A DNA stretch of 64,000 bases from the human T2T-CHM13v2.0 reference genome, Homo sapiens. The DNA lies in assembly GCF_009914755.1 (NCBI RefSeq), contig NC_060929.1. One strand, written 5' to 3'. The first letter of the stretch is position 1; each line of letters begins with the position of its first letter. The notes beneath the pieces are model-generated. The model was not told the origin of the DNA, searched no databases, and was given only the letters and a program-made list of their open reading frames with translations. Shown in pieces: positions 32,430 through 48,032 of the stretch. The position numbers and the translations under genes are program-made.

Positions 32430-32650
32430 ATAATAACAGTAGTTAACATTTCTAGAGCAATTACTATGTCACAGCACTATTCTAAGAGCTTAACATCAAT
32501 TAACTCACTTGAGCCTCTTACAACATTATGAGATATATTGATGTATTGATGGGCCGACTGACACATGAATAAACTGAGGCACAGAAAGTTTATGTAACTC
32601 TGCCAAATGCATACAACAATCAATTGGAAGGGCCCAAGTTTGAACATGAA
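32430..32650 (-). mobile_element. MIR
   Basis: ttactatgtcacagcactattctaag...aaactgaggcacagaaagtt. Confidence 0.7.
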
Positions 32651-33047
32651 TTGATTCCTTCCCTGACTATTAATATCATAATTTTATGTTCTACACAAGG
32701 AAAATAGGACTTATGTGTCATTCAAATTACATTATTCCTGACAATAGAAAACTAAGGGATATATTTTACATTTTCAGTTAGTATAATACAGGCATAACTC
32801 AGAGATATTGCAGGCTCAGTTCCCGGGAACCAGAATAAAGTGAATATTGCAATAAAGTGAGTCACATGATATTTTTGGTTTTCCAATACATATAAAAGTT
32901 ATGTTCACACTATACTGTAGTCTACCAAGTGTGCAAAAACATGTTTAAAAAACAATGCACATACCTTAATTTTAAAATACTTTGTAGCTAAAAAGTGCTA
33001 ACAATCATCTGAGTCTTCAGCAAGTCCTAATCTTTTTGCTGATAGAG

Positions 33048-33565
<518 letters not shown>

Positions 33566-35592
33566 TGACAGAGGGTCTTACCTGGAGGTTGATGGCTGCT
33601 GACAGATAAAGGTGGTGGCGGCTGAAGGTCTGGGGGGCTGTGGCAATTTTTTAAACTAAGACAACAATAAAGTTAGCTGCATTGATTAGCTTCCTTTCAT
33701 GAAAGTTTTCTCTGTAGCATGTGATGCTGTTTGGTAGCATTTTACTCACAGTAGAAACTTTTTCAAAATTGAAGTCGGTCCTCTCAGAACCTGCCACTAA
33801 TTTATCAACTAAGCTTATGAAATATTCTAAATCATTTGTTGTTATTTCAACAAGGTTCACAGCATCTTCACCAGGAATAGCTTCTATTTCAATAAAACAT
33901 TTTCTCTGCTTATCCGCAAGAAGCAACTCCTCATTCATTGAGGTTTTATCATGAGATTGCATGATACACATCTTTAGTCTCCATTTCTAATTCTAGTTCT
34001 CTTGTTATTTCCACCATTTCTGCAGTTATTTTCTCCACTGAAGTCTTAAACCCCTCAAAGACATTCATGAGGGTTGGAATCAACTTCCTCTATACTGTTG
34101 TTAATATTGATAATTTGACTTCATTCCACAAATCACGAATGTTCTTTACGGCATCTGGAATGGTGAATTATTTCCAGAAAGTTTTCAATTTACTTTGCCC
34201 AGATCTATCAGAAGAATCATTATTATGAAAGTTATAACCTTACAAAATGTATTTCTTAAATAATAAGACTTAAAAGTAAAAATCACTCCTTCAGCCATGG
34301 GCTGAAGAATAGATGTTACATTAGCAGACATGAAAACAACATTAGTCTCCTTGTACATCTCTACCAAAACTTTTGGGTGACCAGGTACATTGTCAATGAG
34401 CAGTAATATTTTGAAAATAATATTTTTCTCTGAGTAGAGATCCCAGTAGTAAGTTTGAAATATTCAGAAAGCCATGCTATAATCTGATGTGCTGTTATTC
34501 AGGCTTTATTTTTCCATTTCTAGAGCACAGGGAGAGTAGATTTAGCATCATTCTTAAGGACCCTAGGATTTTGGAATGGTAAATGCACATTGTCTTTAAC
34601 TTAATGTTATCAGTTGTATTAGCTCCTAACAAGAGTCATCCTGCCCTTTGAAGCCAGGCATTGATTCTCCTCTCTAGCTAGTCCTAGATGGCATCTTCTT
34701 CCAATAGAAGGCTGTTTTGTTGCCATTGAAAACCTGTTCTTTAGTGTAGCCTCCTCCATTTGTTACCTTAGCTAGATCTTCTGGATAACTTGCTGCAGCT
34801 CCTCCATCGGCACTTTCTGTTTCAGTTTGCACTTTTGTGTTATGGAAACAGCTTCTTTCTTTAATCCTCATGAACCAACCTCTGCTAGCTTCCAGCTTTT
34901 CTACTTCAGCTTCCTCACCTCTCTCAGCCTTCATTGAATTGAAGAGTCAGGGCCTTGCTCTGATCTGCCTTTGGCTTAAAGGAATGTTGTGGCTGGTTTG
35001 TACTTCTATCCAGACACTAAAACTTTCTCCATATCAGCAATAAGGCTGTTTTCTTTTCTTATCATTTATGTTTTCACTGAATAGCACTTTCATTTCCCTT
35101 CAAGAACTTTTCTTTGCATTCACAACTTGGCTAACCGGCGCAAGGGGCCTAACCTTTGGCCTACCTTGGCTTTCAGCATGCTTTCCTCACTAAGCTTAAT
35201 CTTTTCTAGCTTTTGATTTAAAGTAAAACAAGTGTAACTATTCCTTTCACTTGAACACTTAAAAGCCATTTAAGGGTTATTAAATAGCCTAATTTTAATA
35301 TTGTTGTGTCTTAGGAAATAGAGAGGCCAGAGAAGAGGGAGAAAGATGGGGAAATCGTCAGTAAGTGGAGCAGTAAAAACCCACATACTATTTATAGATT
35401 AAGTTTCCTGTCTTATATGGGTGCAGTTCATGGCACCCCAAAACAATTACAACGGTAACATCAAAGATCATCGATCACAGAACACCATAAAAGATATAAT
35501 AATAATGAAAGAGTTTGAAACATTATGAGAATTACCTAAATGTGACATAGAGACACAAAGTGAGCACGTGCTGTTGAAAAAATGGCACTAAA

Positions 35593-35893
35593 ACCGGGCA
35601 TGGTGGCTCACACCTGTAATCCCAGCACTTTGGGAGGCTTAGGCGGGTGGGTCACTTGAGCCCAGGTGTTGGAGACTAACCTGGGCAATATAGTGAGACC
35701 TCGTCTCTACAAAATAAAATTAGCTGGGTGTGGCGATAGGCACCTGTAGTCCCAGCTATTCAGGAGGCTGAGGTGGGAGGATCACGTGAGTCCAGGAGGT
35801 CTAGGCTGCCATGAGCTGAGATCGCACCACTGCATTCCAGTCTGGGTAACAGAGCAAGACCCTGTCTCAAAAGCAAAAAACAAAACAAAACAA
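35593..35893 (+). mobile_element. AluJ inside Tigger1
   Basis: Diverged Alu with a (caaaa)n tail; aatggca on both flanks. Confidence 0.9.
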
Positions 35894-36509
35894 ACTCAAT
35901 GGCATTGGTATACTTACCCAATGCAGGGTTGCCAGACACCTTCAATTTGTAAAAAAAAAAAAAAAAAAAGTAGTATCTACAAAGTGCAATAAAGTGAAGC
36001 CCAATTAAATGAGATATGCCCCTGTCTTTCAAGATGCTTGCTTTTATCACGGAGTGTCCTTTTCTATTTGAGAACAACTGAAGTTTTGTATCTTGAAACT
36101 GAGTAAATTAACAGATTATTGACACAAACCATGTTAGCATGAGCAACATAAGAAGAATCAAGCATTTGCATTTCTCCTTGAGAGTAGGGACTGGTTTTTA
36201 GTCATTGTTTTATCCCCAAGGCCTAACTTAGAGGCTTGTATATATTACACACTCTATGGGATGAATGAATGTGTCCCAACCTCAAAAAAGCCCCAAAATG
36301 AAGGAGTCCCATTCAAACATGCTAATTTGCATTACTCCATTTACACTTTTCTCTTGGTTAATGTTAATCCATTAGGTTTTAGTAAATCAAACTTTTATAT
36401 TGGTTCATATTTATATAAAAGTGTAGCATTGATGAGGAGGGGGCAGTTAACAGCTTTGCGTTTGGTTGAATGTATTATTTTAGCTGGTCCCTCCTGACTC
36501 CTACTCATG

Positions 36510-36801
36510 CTTATACGTGTGTCTGTATATATGCGTGTGTGTATGTGTGTGTGTCTCTGTATGTCTCTCTGTGTGCATATATGTATGTGCATGTGTGTGT
36601 ATATATGTATGTGTACATGTGCATGCATGTGTATGTTTATGTTTGCATATGTGTGTATATGTGTGTCTCTGTGTGTATATATGTGTATATATGTGTGTGT
36701 CTGTGTGTATGTGTGTGTGCATGTTTGTATATGTGTGTATGTATATATGTGTGTGTATGTGTATATATGTGTGTATATATCTGTGTGTGTATGTGTGTGT
36801 G

Positions 36802-36844
<43 letters not shown>

Positions 36845-36860
36845 CTATGCACATGTAATA
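36510..36860. repeat. Compound (TG)n/(TA)n microsatellite
   Basis: About 350 bp of mostly alternating purine-pyrimidine ending in a pure (TG)n run. Confidence 0.97.
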
Positions 36861-38148
36861 TGTAACATCTCCAGATTAGATCAGGCCTTATTCCAGTAGC
36901 TCTCGGAAAATGATGCAGCTTATCCAGTTTGACTACTCTGGATACTTGACTGCCAGAGTCAGGTGCTTTCACCTGGTTCCCATGACTATCTCTGACAATA
37001 TCTGAAGAGTTCTTTGACTCAGAACTTTGTCAAGATGATAAAGGTGAGAATCCCTTTATCATACCACAGGACAAACTACAGATAATTTTTTAAGTTACCT
37101 TGAACAAAATATGTACTTATAGTATTAATGTCCAATATTTATTAATTAAGAAATCTGTGGATACGAAAAAAAACTCCTTCCAGAACCCATCCATATTTTG
37201 CACCACTGCCATGGTTCTGCAGGATCCATGGCTCCCAGCTTCTCCTGTCCTGTCTCAGTTTCAGACCGTAATGGTAGAGTCACTCTCTTGTCTCAGTGCT
37301 TCGGTACTCAAAGCAGATTCTCAGTATCACTATCTGCAGTTGTGCAACAGGCTTTCCTCAGAGCACGGCATTGTTCTCACAGAGCTTCTACAGCAAACTG
37401 GATTTTGCTACTCCATAGGAAAGTGCTGAGACATCAGAGTGTCACTCTTTTCCAAAGCATCCTCTCCAAAATCACTGGATGACTGCTCCTTCCTGTAGCT
37501 TTTCCCTCTGCTATTCTATCTCACAAGATATCACTCTCCATCTCTCTCTGTGTCCCTCTGTCCCTCTGTGTCCCTCTGTCCCTCTATCTGCTCTGTACTA
37601 CAGTGGATAGATGCACTATTTTGACAGAGAATGCCACTTTCAGGTAAGGCAAGACCAGGTAAAGGATTGCCCATTGGCTAGCAGCCACTTACTCTCTGTT
37701 ACTTTCTGTGGCACATCATTATACTTCCTCTCTGGTTATTCTTGGATCTGACAGACTTATGTCTATACATGCAGAGCTACACACACCTGCACTCCTATAC
37801 CATCCTTGCAGAGAGAAGAGAATTTGAGAATTTAAGATGTCCTATTTGCTTTTCACACATTTCTTACACCAGTTGTTAACATAGAACCATTTTAGAAATA
37901 GTTCTTTTTCAGTTTTAATTAAAATTCTAACTTGCCAACATTCTTATTTTACCCACTTGAGAGATTTGTGCTCACACACAAATACATAATTCTGTGATTT
38001 ATCATGAATAGATAAATAGAAAAAAATTATCTAAAAATATAAACCCAAGAATTAACATTTCATTGATTTATCATCATCAATGATGATGATCATCATTATG
38101 ATCATCAATCATCATAATTTCTAGGAAGCTAAAAGGAACTGAAGAGGC

Positions 38149-38451
<303 letters not shown>

Positions 38452-38519
38452 GCTAAAGAGGTATTAATAAGTTATTTTTGCTCACTTTTGGTCCTTTTTC
38501 TCTTTAAGAAAGGACTGGC

Positions 38520-38773
38520 GGCTGGGAGTGGTGGCTTATGCCTGTACTCCCAGCACTTTGGGAGGCTGAGGTGGGAGGATCACTTGAGCCCAGGAGTTTG
38601 AGATCAGCCTGGTCAACGGGGTGAAGCCCTATTTCTCCAAAAAGACAAAAATTAGCCAGGCATGGTGGTGTGCACCTGTAGTCCCAGCTACCTGGGAGGC
38701 TGAGGAAGGTGAGGCTGCAGTGAGTCATGCTTGTACCACTACACTCCAGCCTGGGCATCAGAGTGAGAGTCTG
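38520..38773 (+). mobile_element. AluJ with an internal deletion
   Basis: Diverged Alu with a shortened right arm; the tail runs into a GA-rich repeat. Confidence 0.9.
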
Positions 38774-38775
38774 TT

Positions 38776-39064
38776 GGAAAGGAAAGGAGGAAGGAGGAAG
38801 GAGGAAGCAGGAAAGGAGGAAAGGAAAAGAAAGGAAAGGAAAGGAAAGGAAAGGAAAGGAAAGGAGAAAGGAGAGGAAAGGACAGGAGAAAGGAGAGGAA
38901 AGGACAGGAGAAAGGAGAGGAAAGGAAAGGAGAAAAGAAAAGAAAAGAAAAGAAGGAAGGAAAGAGAGAGAGAAAGAAAGAGAGTAGTGGAGGAAGGAAG
39001 GGAAGAAAGGGAAAGAAGGAAGGGTAGGAAGGTAAGAAAAGAAAAGGAAGGAAAGGAAAAAAGA
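38776..39064. repeat. GA-rich low-complexity / (GGAAA)n tract
   Basis: About 290 nt almost exclusively purine on the + strand. Confidence 0.97.
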
Positions 39065-40229
39065 CTGACAAGGTAGTTAAGTAGTTTGGGGGTCATGATG
39101 ACATTAGTATACTAAATAAACCACTCCAACCCATCCACCTACTAAAGAAGTCACTCATAATCACCATCATTGCCTCCAATTTAACTCAACAAGAATTTAG
39201 CACTTACCATGTACCCACTATCTGGCAACATAGATGCAGAGTGAGCTGTTAAACAAGGCATAAGAAGCTTAAATGTCAACATGTGCATTAACAACAGAAT
39301 GCATTATGTTAAGTATTAAAATAGTCTAGAATAAATGCTCAGAAGTCCAAAGTCCCTAATACAATCATAGAATTGTAGAGTCAGGGAAGTCTTTCATTAA
39401 TTATATGGATTAACATTTTTCTTTTATAAATGAAGAGACTGACACACACGGAGGGGCTGATTTGTCCAAGGTTTTAGGAAATTACTGTAGTGGCCATCCA
39501 TGTGAGTGTAGGCCCCGAACCTCCCCTTGCTTGTTTTGGGAGCTGCCTTCTCTCTCCATACTGGGTCAGGTAATTCATTCCCTGGCTCTCAGATGGTATT
39601 AATTTGCCCGAGAGTATATCTTAGAATATATAAATAATTTTTTAAACTTTGTGATGTATGTGGTAGCCATGCTGGAAATGCTGACACTTCTGTCATTAAA
39701 CATTGTCGTGCACTAAAAAGTACATGCTACTAAAAATATTTCTTCCTATTTTGTTTGATGTTAAAAGTCTCTTCAAATGATAAATATGAAAGCCAATTTG
39801 GACCTCAACGAATTGGATTCTGTGTTAGTTCTCTAGCCAAAAAATAATTGATTAAATTTCCTTAATATCAACATGTTACAATGAATAACTTCTTAATCTT
39901 TGTCAAAATCAATAAACTGCATGTGAAACAACCAGCTTCTTATTCTGCTTAGAATTTTGATACAGTTGTGACTTTCCCTAGATTTTTCCATAAGTTTGAT
40001 TTTTATGATTTGCTTCATTTTAAGCTATCTTCTAGATAACATTATTTAATTTATTAAAACTCTTACTAAGAAAATGACTACAAAATGAGACTTGTAATAA
40101 TGGGGAGGAGCCTCTGTTTATTATTTATTTATTTATGTATTATTTCATTCACTCGTCTTCCTGATTTCCTTTCATTTCTGTTATAAATCGCAATGCTTAA
40201 GTACATTGCAATGTTGAAAGTTTAAACAT

Positions 40230-40535
40230 GGCCAGGCATGGTGGCTCATGCCTGTAATCCCAGCACTTTGGGAGGCCAAGGCAGGCAGATCGCTTGAGCA
40301 CAGGAGCTCAGAACCAGCCTAGGCAACATGGCAAAACCCCATCTCTACATAAAAATACAAAAAGTTAGCCTGGTGTGGTGGCACACACTTGTAGTCCCAG
40401 CTACCCAGGAGGCTGAAGTACGAGGATCACTTGAGCCCAGGAGGTAGAGGCTGAAGTGAGCTGGGATCACACATCACACTACTGCACTCCAGCCTGGGCA
40501 ATAGGGTGAAACCCTGTCTTAAACAAACAAACAAA
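40230..40535 (+). mobile_element. AluJ
   Basis: Full Alu; TSD aaag(t/c)ttaaacat. Confidence 0.92.
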
Positions 40536-41010
40536 GCAAGGAGGAAAGAAAGCTTAAACATCAATTGCATAGCTCACTCACTTATTCAGAGATGAGCCTT
40601 GTCATCTAAATGAACCAATGGGATGTGGGGAGTATTTGTTGAAGCTAGCAGGAAAGACAAGCTGCCTGTTTTTCTGTAGTAAATAAATACCGGTAGAAAC
40701 ATTCTTTGACACTAGACAGAAAAGAGAATTCTCTCTAGAAGATAATGGCAGCCATCTGAGTACCAAAATAGTATCAGGCTTAGGAAGAAGCTGGCACTGT
40801 AAAGGGAGAGCAAAGAGACCAAAAGAAGCCACATTTTCAGTTACATTATTGAGGCCACTAGTTCAAGACTTGCCTGAAGCTATCTCTGGAGCCAATACAT
40901 TTTCTTTATTAGTTAAGCCAGTTAGAATTGGGCTTTCAGGTTGTTGAACAAAAACAGTAGTAAATGATACACTATTATTGAAATTTGGTATAAAGAAAAG
41001 TTTTGTTCAT

Positions 41011-41845
<835 letters not shown>

Positions 41846-43671
41846 TTCACAGACAATATTGATTCTTTGAGGTTAATCTCAAGTAAAATATTACCTTACT
41901 TAATTGATTAAAGCTAATCTGAGTCCTAAAGAGGAAACAAGTACTTTCACCATTTTTGGCACACTTTATCATTTGATGGTTTAAGTGGTTTGAAGAACTG
42001 AAGTGACCAATTAATACATAATGCTGATTAAATTTAAATAATTTCTATATCTTAAGCCTCAGATGAAATGGAAAGTTTGCCTGCTGAAAACGAATGTGTG
42101 CCCTAAGCCTTTGTTTATCCAGGTGGTTAGAACCAGAAAACACTGGGAGGGTCATCTTGGGAAGCAGCCAGAACAAATGCCCATAAGTCTTAATGGTAAC
42201 CGTGCTGCCAATTCCTAAGATTCTTAGCATTTGCTAGATCAGAAATTAATAATAGATGGAAACAAAAAAGAATGAGACAACTGGCCTGTTGTTTTATCTT
42301 TTAAAGCCAGGAATATTCCATAAACAATTGAGAAGTGATTAGCATATGACCCCCAAGGGTATGTTGTGACCCCAGATCAGTAGGAGATGCTAATGGGACA
42401 AGACTTCCATGGACTTACATATTTACCTGACAGTAGAGGCAGGATGGAGTGATGTGGTTGAAAAGTGGCCTGCATGTTTCAGACCTGTCTGAACAATGGA
42501 TAGGTGCTGTGATCTATACAAAGATTCTGGTGGTATCATTCATAATAGTAGCAATAAGAGGCAAATATTTACTCTGTTCCGGTGTAATTGCTGAACAAGT
42601 TCTTAGTAAAATGACATGGAGTAGGTGCTCTGTAAATGTTTATCTTTCCCCACTTTCCTTTTATCCCCCTCTTTACTCCTATCTCACAAGTACAGAGGAG
42701 GAAGCTATGGAAAAAAAATCATAGCCACAGAATTTTTTGACATCTCTAAAAATTATATTATTTTTCTATTTTGATTTATGTACAATACATCTCAACAAAT
42801 ATATAAAACAAAACTTATATGCAACAACAGAAGCATTTTGCTGAGTATTCCATCTGTCCTCTTGACAATTTTTTATGCCTCTCTAAAGTGCCTTGGATTT
42901 GAGTCTAACCTGAAAATAACTCTATTACCATTAGCTTTAATAATGTTCTCAAGGAATATAACTTACCTGATAAAGTAGGTAACTATTGGAAAAAACACCT
43001 ATGAAAATTAATGTTTATAATAGAATATCAGAAGATTTCCTAAACTAAAAAATCTTGTTTGAGTCCCCTCTTGGAGAATTTCTCTATAACTTTTGAATTA
43101 TCTTTTGTAATTTCAAGATGAAATTGTATCTTGATATGAAAAAAATAAAATCAAGCTGATAAAATTGGAATGGCATTCCACAAGGAGGAGGAATTGAAAG
43201 ACGAGTATTCCACAAGCTGTCCTCAAGAACGGGGCATTTTTATGCTGCCAAGTTAGCTTAGCAGACACATCCCTGTCCCTCAGCCCATCCTTGAGTCAAT
43301 TTCTCACTGTTGTTTTATTACAGTAAAATTTAAACTAAAAGCAAGTAGCACAAAGTAAAAGCAAGTAGCACAAAAAAAGTTGATAAAAATAAAGTTAGAT
43401 ATGATTGTTCATCTTGGAGAAGATTGATAAGCAGTCATTGCTTTTGTAAGTTCTTCCTCTCAAGTGTGCAAGGGCCCTCCCACGTCGACATTATTTTTAC
43501 CCACTTCAACTCTGCTATTGCTTCTCGTTCGCTTAAACCACTTTCATGGCTGTCTCTCTAAAACCTACTTTCCCCTTGGCATCTTCTGAACTGAACCCTG
43601 TAGTTTCAAACAATAAATGTCCAAGTGCTCAGGCATGTCACTACAAAGCCCATTTGTATTATCTTAATACA

Positions 43672-44093
43672 AGAAAAGCTTCAGCCAAATTAAATTTAAA
43701 GGCATTTAATTGAGCAATGAATGATTAGCAAATCAGGCAGCCCCCAGAATCACAGCAGATTCACAGAGACTCCAGTTCAGCCACGTGGTGGAAGATTTAT
43801 AGACAAAAAAAAGGGAAATGGGGCGTGCAGAAATTTGAAGTGAGGTACAGAACAGCAGGATTGGTTACAGCTCCGCCTTTGCCTTATTTGAACACAGTTT
43901 GAACACTCAGCAATGTATGAGTCATTGAAGTTCTGCCGCTGCAATTGGCCAAGACTCAGCTATTGTTACAGGTGCATACTCCTAAGTTAGGTTTTCAATT
44001 TTTGTCTATCTATTAAGCTAGGTTGCAGTTTGTCCACAAGGACTCAAACATAGAAGTATGGAGTCCTCAGGCCACATTTAGTTCACTTTAACA
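43672..44093 (-). mobile_element. ERV1 solo LTR (MER57A-like)
   Basis: ttcagccaaattaaatttaaagg...ggcagcccccagaatcacagcagattca...cactttaaca. Confidence 0.75.
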
Positions 44094-44229
44094 ATCTGAT
44101 AAGTGACTCCTCATCAGCTTGTTACTTCCTTATGGCTATTATGTCTCCTAAAGTGACTTAAACCGAGGAGGAAACATGGGGTTTGGACATGTCCTTGATA
44201 AACTAGTACCCCATAGAGATTGAGAACGT

Positions 44230-45480
44230 ATTTTGTGAAAGAGAATTATAAGGATGTGGAGGTGAAGGAAGTTGCAGGAGCATGTTGCATGACCTAACGG
44301 GGGTGGAGATAATAAGACAAACTTAAAAGGTATTTAGAAGTCTAAATCAACAGAACTTTGTGAAAAGACGGATGAAAGAGCATGGGGGTAAAGGAGAAAC
44401 TGGGTATGAGATAAGCTTCAGAGGTTAGATAATGAGTTGAGTTTTTGGCATATTATATCTGAGGTGCTTATAAGATATCTCAGTAGGAGTTCAGAGTCTA
44501 GAGCTCAGGTCCGACCTAGAGTTGTAAATTTGGCATTATTCATACCAATATATTGCAACCAAGGCCACAGGAGGGAATGAAATGACCTATAGAGAGGGAA
44601 AAGAAAGTTTAAGACCAGGAGTTTAAGAATCTCCATGCAGTAATTACTCTGAGGAAAAGCTCACAGGGGACCAAAGGAGTAGGCAGAAAGTTTGGAGAAA
44701 AAGAGTGTCCTGTTACCAAAATGAAGGGGAGAGTGCTCTGAGGAAGACTGTCAACAGGGCAAATGTTTAGAGGTCAAGTAGATGAACTTGAAGCAAATCC
44801 ATTGGATTTGGTGGCATTGGTAACCTCAGTAAGACCAAGTTTAGTAAGGTCCTTTTGAAAACAAAAATTAGATTGTAATACGTTGACATGAGAAAAATAC
44901 AGCCGTTCCCTTTTATGCATGGTTTTGCTTTCTTCAGTTTCGGTTACCAGAAGTAAACCATGGTCTGAAAATAGGTGAGTATAGTACAATAAGATATTGA
45001 GAGAGAGAGAGATCATGTTCACATAACTCTTATTACAGTATGTTGTTATAACTGTTCTATTTTACTATTAGTTATTTTTGTTAATCTCTTATTGTGCCTA
45101 ATTTATAAATTAAACTTTTTCATAAGTATGTGTGTACAGGAGGAAAACATAGTATATATGAGGTTTGGTACTATCTGTGGTTGCAGGCATCCACGGGGGG
45201 TCTTGGAACTATCCCCCGAGAATGAGTAGGGACTACTGTAGAGGAAAGAGGGTGAGTACAGACAACTCATCCAAGAGCTTTGACTGCGAAGGCAAGAAGA
45301 GTGACAGAGTAATAGCTGAAAAGGCATTAAGTAGCTTAAGAATTTTATTTCCTATTTAAAATGGTAGCAATTAAATGTTTAAATGTTCATGGCTTGGAGC
45401 CAGTAGAAAGATTAACATTTACAAAGAAGAGGGAACTATAATGGTTTAAGATTCCAGAGGAGGCAGGAGGGTCTGTAATC
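44230..45480 (-). mobile_element. L2 fragments, split by MER44
   Basis: Purine-rich antisense L2 motifs such as ccattggatttggtggcattgg and gagtacagacaactc. Confidence 0.55.
44900..45238. mobile_element. MER44A (Tigger family MITE)
   Basis: TA-flanked cag...ctg ends; tggtctgaaaataggtgagtatagtacaataagatatt; ggcatccacgggggg. Confidence 0.85.
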
Positions 45481-45629
45481 CAGATCTCTCTGGATGTCTG
45501 GAAACCCTCAGTTGCCCTTAGTTGAAATCCAAGTCCACTGGTGACATTGCACTAAATGAGATTTCTGGCTCTCCTATAATGGATAGATTTTCTTCATTAT
45601 TCAGATGTTCTTTGGTTTTTTTTCCCTTC

Positions 45630-46429
45630 TCTATTCATTTCCTGTTGCTGCTATGACAAATTATAGTATAACAGTAGCTTAAAATGACACAAACTTGTGA
45701 TCTTATAGTTCTTTTTTTTTTTTTTTTTTTTTGAGACGGAGTCTCACTCTGAGTGAAGTGGCGCAATCTTGGCTCACTGCAGCCTCCACCTCCCAGATTC
45801 AAGTGATTCTCCTGCCTCAGCCTCCTGAGTGCCTGGGATTACAGGCACCCACCACTATGCCTGGCTAATTTCTGTATGTTTAGTAGAGATGGGGTTTTAC
45901 CATGTTGGCCAAGCTGGTCTCGAACTCAGGTAATCCGCCTGCCTCAGCCTCCCAAAGTGCTGGGATTACAGGCCTGAGCGACCACGCCTGGCTGGTGATC
46001 TTTTATAGTTCTTATAGATGGAGGTCAAAAGTCCAACAGGTGTCACCTGACTAAAATCAAGGTGTCAACAGGACTGTGTTCTTTTTATAAGTTCTAGAGG
46101 AACATATCTTTCTTTGTCTTTTCCATCTTCTTTAGGCCACTTACATTCCTTGGCTTGTAGCCCCTGTCTCTGTGTTCAGAGCCAGCATTGTGACATTTTC
46201 AGATATTTTTCTCTGACTCTGACCCCCTACTTCCCTTTTATCATCCTTGTGATTACATTGGGTCCACCCAGATAATCCAAGACAATCTTCCCATCTCAAA
46301 ATTCTTAATCACATCTGCAAAGTCTCTTCAGTCATATAAAGCAACATATTCAAAGGTTTCGGGGATATCTTAGGGGCGTATTATTCTGGACATCTTTGTG
46401 GACAGGCAGTCATTATTCTGCCTACCACA
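45630..46429 (-). mobile_element. MLT1B/C-like LTR, split by an Alu
   Basis: ctaaaatcaaggtgtcaacagg, gattacattgggtccacccagataatcc, ctgcctaccaca. Confidence 0.8.
45712..45993 (-). mobile_element. AluS with small deletions
   Basis: Antisense Alu; TSD-like gtgatctt..atagttctt. Confidence 0.92.
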
Positions 46430-46533
46430 CTTCCCTGTTTCTAAAGTACTCTTCCAAGCTTGCTGAGAATTATGGATGGAGCTTCCCATGCTCTACATTT
46501 TATATAAGTGAAAATCTCAATAACAAATTTTAG

Positions 46534-46838
<305 letters not shown>

Positions 46839-47695
46839 TCAGCCATGTTATTCTTAAACGATAGAGGGGCCACCACTCAGAGAATATGTTCTGAGAATTA
46901 TGTGATGATCCCACTTGGCTGGTACTGGTAGCATTTTATTTCATCATTTTTAGTATTCAGAACAAAATAAATGAACGACAAAAATAAGTTCTGTGTGAAC
47001 CTGCCGCTGCTGTAGTATCTTTTGCAGTTTATTATGTCTTATGCACACATTTTTAAGCTCTGGCCAAAAGACACTGACTTCAGACCTAGCACCATATCTA
47101 GGGGGCTAGGAAAAGAGAGACTCCTCTGCAGACCAGTAGTGCTATCTCACTGTCATCCCAAGGCTGATCAAAAGAAAGAAAATGAGGGATGGGGTGAAAT
47201 TTTAAAAAGAGAAGGGGCTGTGTGTAGAGATGTATAGTTGCACATGTCAGTCAAAATTTGGTACAATAAAAGATTGCATTCAAGTGTCCTGTCATCAGGA
47301 ACATTTAATAGCAATGTCAAGTCAGCTAAATCAAAATAACTTGTACCTCCTCTGTACAACGCCCATTCCTCTGCACAGTTTAAACAAGTAAAATCCTGAT
47401 AAACAATAGCAATGGATCCTTTATCCCATCTTTCTCAAAAATTTTTTTCAGTCATTATCAAAGAATAGCCCTAACAATACTATTATTACTACAACATTGT
47501 TTTGTTTCTCAGTGCTACACAACACTAGAAACTGTCATATCTTTTTAAAATTAAGGCAAACAAATTATCTAAGTAGGCATTCCTTATTTCATAAGGAGGT
47601 ATCCTTAACAAACCCTTGTGCATCACCAGGAAGAAAAACTTGAAAAAGTCCCACATTTGACACTAGTGCAACATGCAGTCCAAAAGATGGAAAAT

Positions 47696-48032
<337 letters not shown>

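Noticed and set aside
33651-34934. Transposase-like ORFs as a domesticated TIGD-type gene
   Set aside because: Fragmented by stops and frameshifts within an ordinary Tigger1 fossil.
36395-36972. Long overlapping VC/HT-rich ORFs
   Set aside because: Artefacts of the (TG)n microsatellite.
38621-39096. Lys/Glu/Arg-rich 151-aa ORF and its antisense partners
   Set aside because: Alu plus GA low-complexity tract that lacks stop codons by composition.
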